Of a stretch of 59,242 nt of DNA, positions 58,367 through 59,242 are shown piece after piece. Source of the stretch: an uncultured Romboutsia sp. (GTDB taxonomy: Bacteria; Bacillota; Clostridia; Peptostreptococcales; Peptostreptococcaceae); the NCBI GenBank assembly GCA_937907205.1, contig CALESE010000085.1, positions 1 to 59,242 on the forward strand, given 5' to 3'. Position 1 is the stretch's first letter. The number at the start of each line of letters is the position of its first letter. A model generated the notes under the pieces. The model was given only the letters and a program-made list of their open reading frames with translations, did not search any database and was not told the origin of the DNA. The translations under genes and the position numbers were made by a program.

Positions 58367-59242
58367 CTAAAGGTTATAAATGCTATATAACTTTCTATAT
58401 ATTTCTTGCATGTTAACTTTTACAACTTTATTGTCATCTAATATGATTTCAAGTTCATTTATATCAATATTATCTTCTTGTGTCTTTAAAGTAACTCCTA
58501 ATTGCTCTTTTATATATAAACTATTGCACTTTTTATTTCCTATTATTTTAGATATGTTTTTCTTATTAGTTTTAACTATGATATTATTTTTAACTTTATT
58601 ATCTTTAATAAAACTTGCCAAATAATCTTTAACCATCTCTCCCTCAACTAATTCTCTAAATGCAGGATGGTAAGGTCCATCTACTATAGATTTTCCTAAT
58701 TGAATTTCTTCAGTAGCTTGTAGTCCTACTCTTATCACATTTATATTATTAACATAGTATAGGGCTAATAGTTTCTTAACTATTTGTATACTTTCTTCTA
58801 ATGTAAATGGATTATATTGTCTTTTATTTAATAAATTTTCAAGTCCAGTTTCTTTTACTACCAATGTAGGATATATTCTTACACAATCAGGCTGTAATTC
58901 TATAAATTTTCTTGCAGTATTTATACATTTCTCCTCTGTATCAGTAGGTAATCCAACCATTTGCTGAAGTCCTAATTTTATATTATTTGCTTTTATTAAT
59001 TTAGCACTTGTAAATACTTCTGGTGCATGATGACCTCTTATACTAGCTTTTAATACATCTTCATCTAGAGATTGTACTCCAAGTTCTATAATACTTGCTC
59101 CGTAGCTTTTAACTGTATCTAATATTTCCTGATCTATACAATCTGGTCTTGTAGACATTCTTATATCTTGAACTAATCCTTTATCTATATACTCTTTTGC
59201 AACAGACAATAAACTCTTTTGTATATCTATATCAATTGCTGT
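58367..59242 (-). CDS. Elp3-family radical SAM protein (5'-partial, continues past the window edge)
   Basis: Frame open to the window end; IRMSTRPD, IELGVQS, RIYPTLV, GPYHPAF. Confidence 0.88.
   Translation of the reverse strand, partial: TAIDIDIQKSLLSVAKEYIDKGLVQDIRMSTRPDCIDQEILDTVKSYGASIIELGVQSLDEDVLKASIRGHHAPEVFTSAKLIKANNIKLGLQQMVGLPTDTEEKCINTARKFIELQPDCVRIYPTLVVKETGLENLLNKRQYNPFTLEESIQIVKKLLALYYVNNINVIRVGLQATEEIQLGKSIVDGPYHPAFRELVEGEMVKDYLASFIKDNKVKNNIIVKTNKKNISKIIGNKKCNSLYIKEQLGVTLKTQEDNIDINELEIILDDNKVVKVNMQEIYRKLYSIYNL

Noticed and set aside
637..58625. Other short opposite-strand ORFs inside core genes (e.g. 843-1178, 11285-11833, 28550-28834, 33366-33809, 37222-37590, 57790-58029)
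   Set aside because: Largely or wholly overlap confident genes; no RBS or family motifs
1..59242. CRISPR array, IS/prophage, tRNA/rRNA, defence island
   Set aside because: No regularly spaced repeats, transposase/integrase/phage motifs or structural RNA genes seen; the WYL gene has no defence neighbours

Overview
Very AT-rich chromosomal segment from a spore-forming Clostridia member. Gene order and protein sequences point to Peptostreptococcaceae (Romboutsia/Paraclostridium/Clostridioides-like); this is inferred by recognition, not by a database search. Most genes lie on the - strand. From about 7.6 kb to the end it is mostly core genome, read right to left: Elp3-like radical SAM (partial), smc, ftsY, ylxM, ffh, rpsP, khpA, rimM, trmD, rplS, rbgA, marR/MATE, brnQ, rnhB, yraN, comM, dprA, topA, codY, rarA, GNAT, ROK, Rrf2-nifS-nifU-mnmA, T-box-alaS-ireB-(721 aa membrane protein)-ruvX-DUF1292, LCP, fur, rnj, SASP-like, dacF, scpAB, ytfJ, pepA, and an uncharacterised PyrK-like/GidA-like redox gene pair. 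No rRNA, tRNA, CRISPR array, integrase or transposase was seen. Features missing from the ORF track include an Ala T-box, an L19 leader and several operator-like palindromes. There are also candidate small RNAs or attenuators around pepA and scpB, and several decayed genes: a PTS IIB tail still attached to a promoter and cre site, an FMN alpha-hydroxy-acid oxidase collapsed by two internal deletions, a CapA fragment, and small membrane-protein remnants. The best candidates for an undescribed system are the Cys-rich GidA/TrmFO-like plus PyrK-like pair (7593-9860) and the 721-aa membrane protein inside the alaS-ireB-ruvX cluster.
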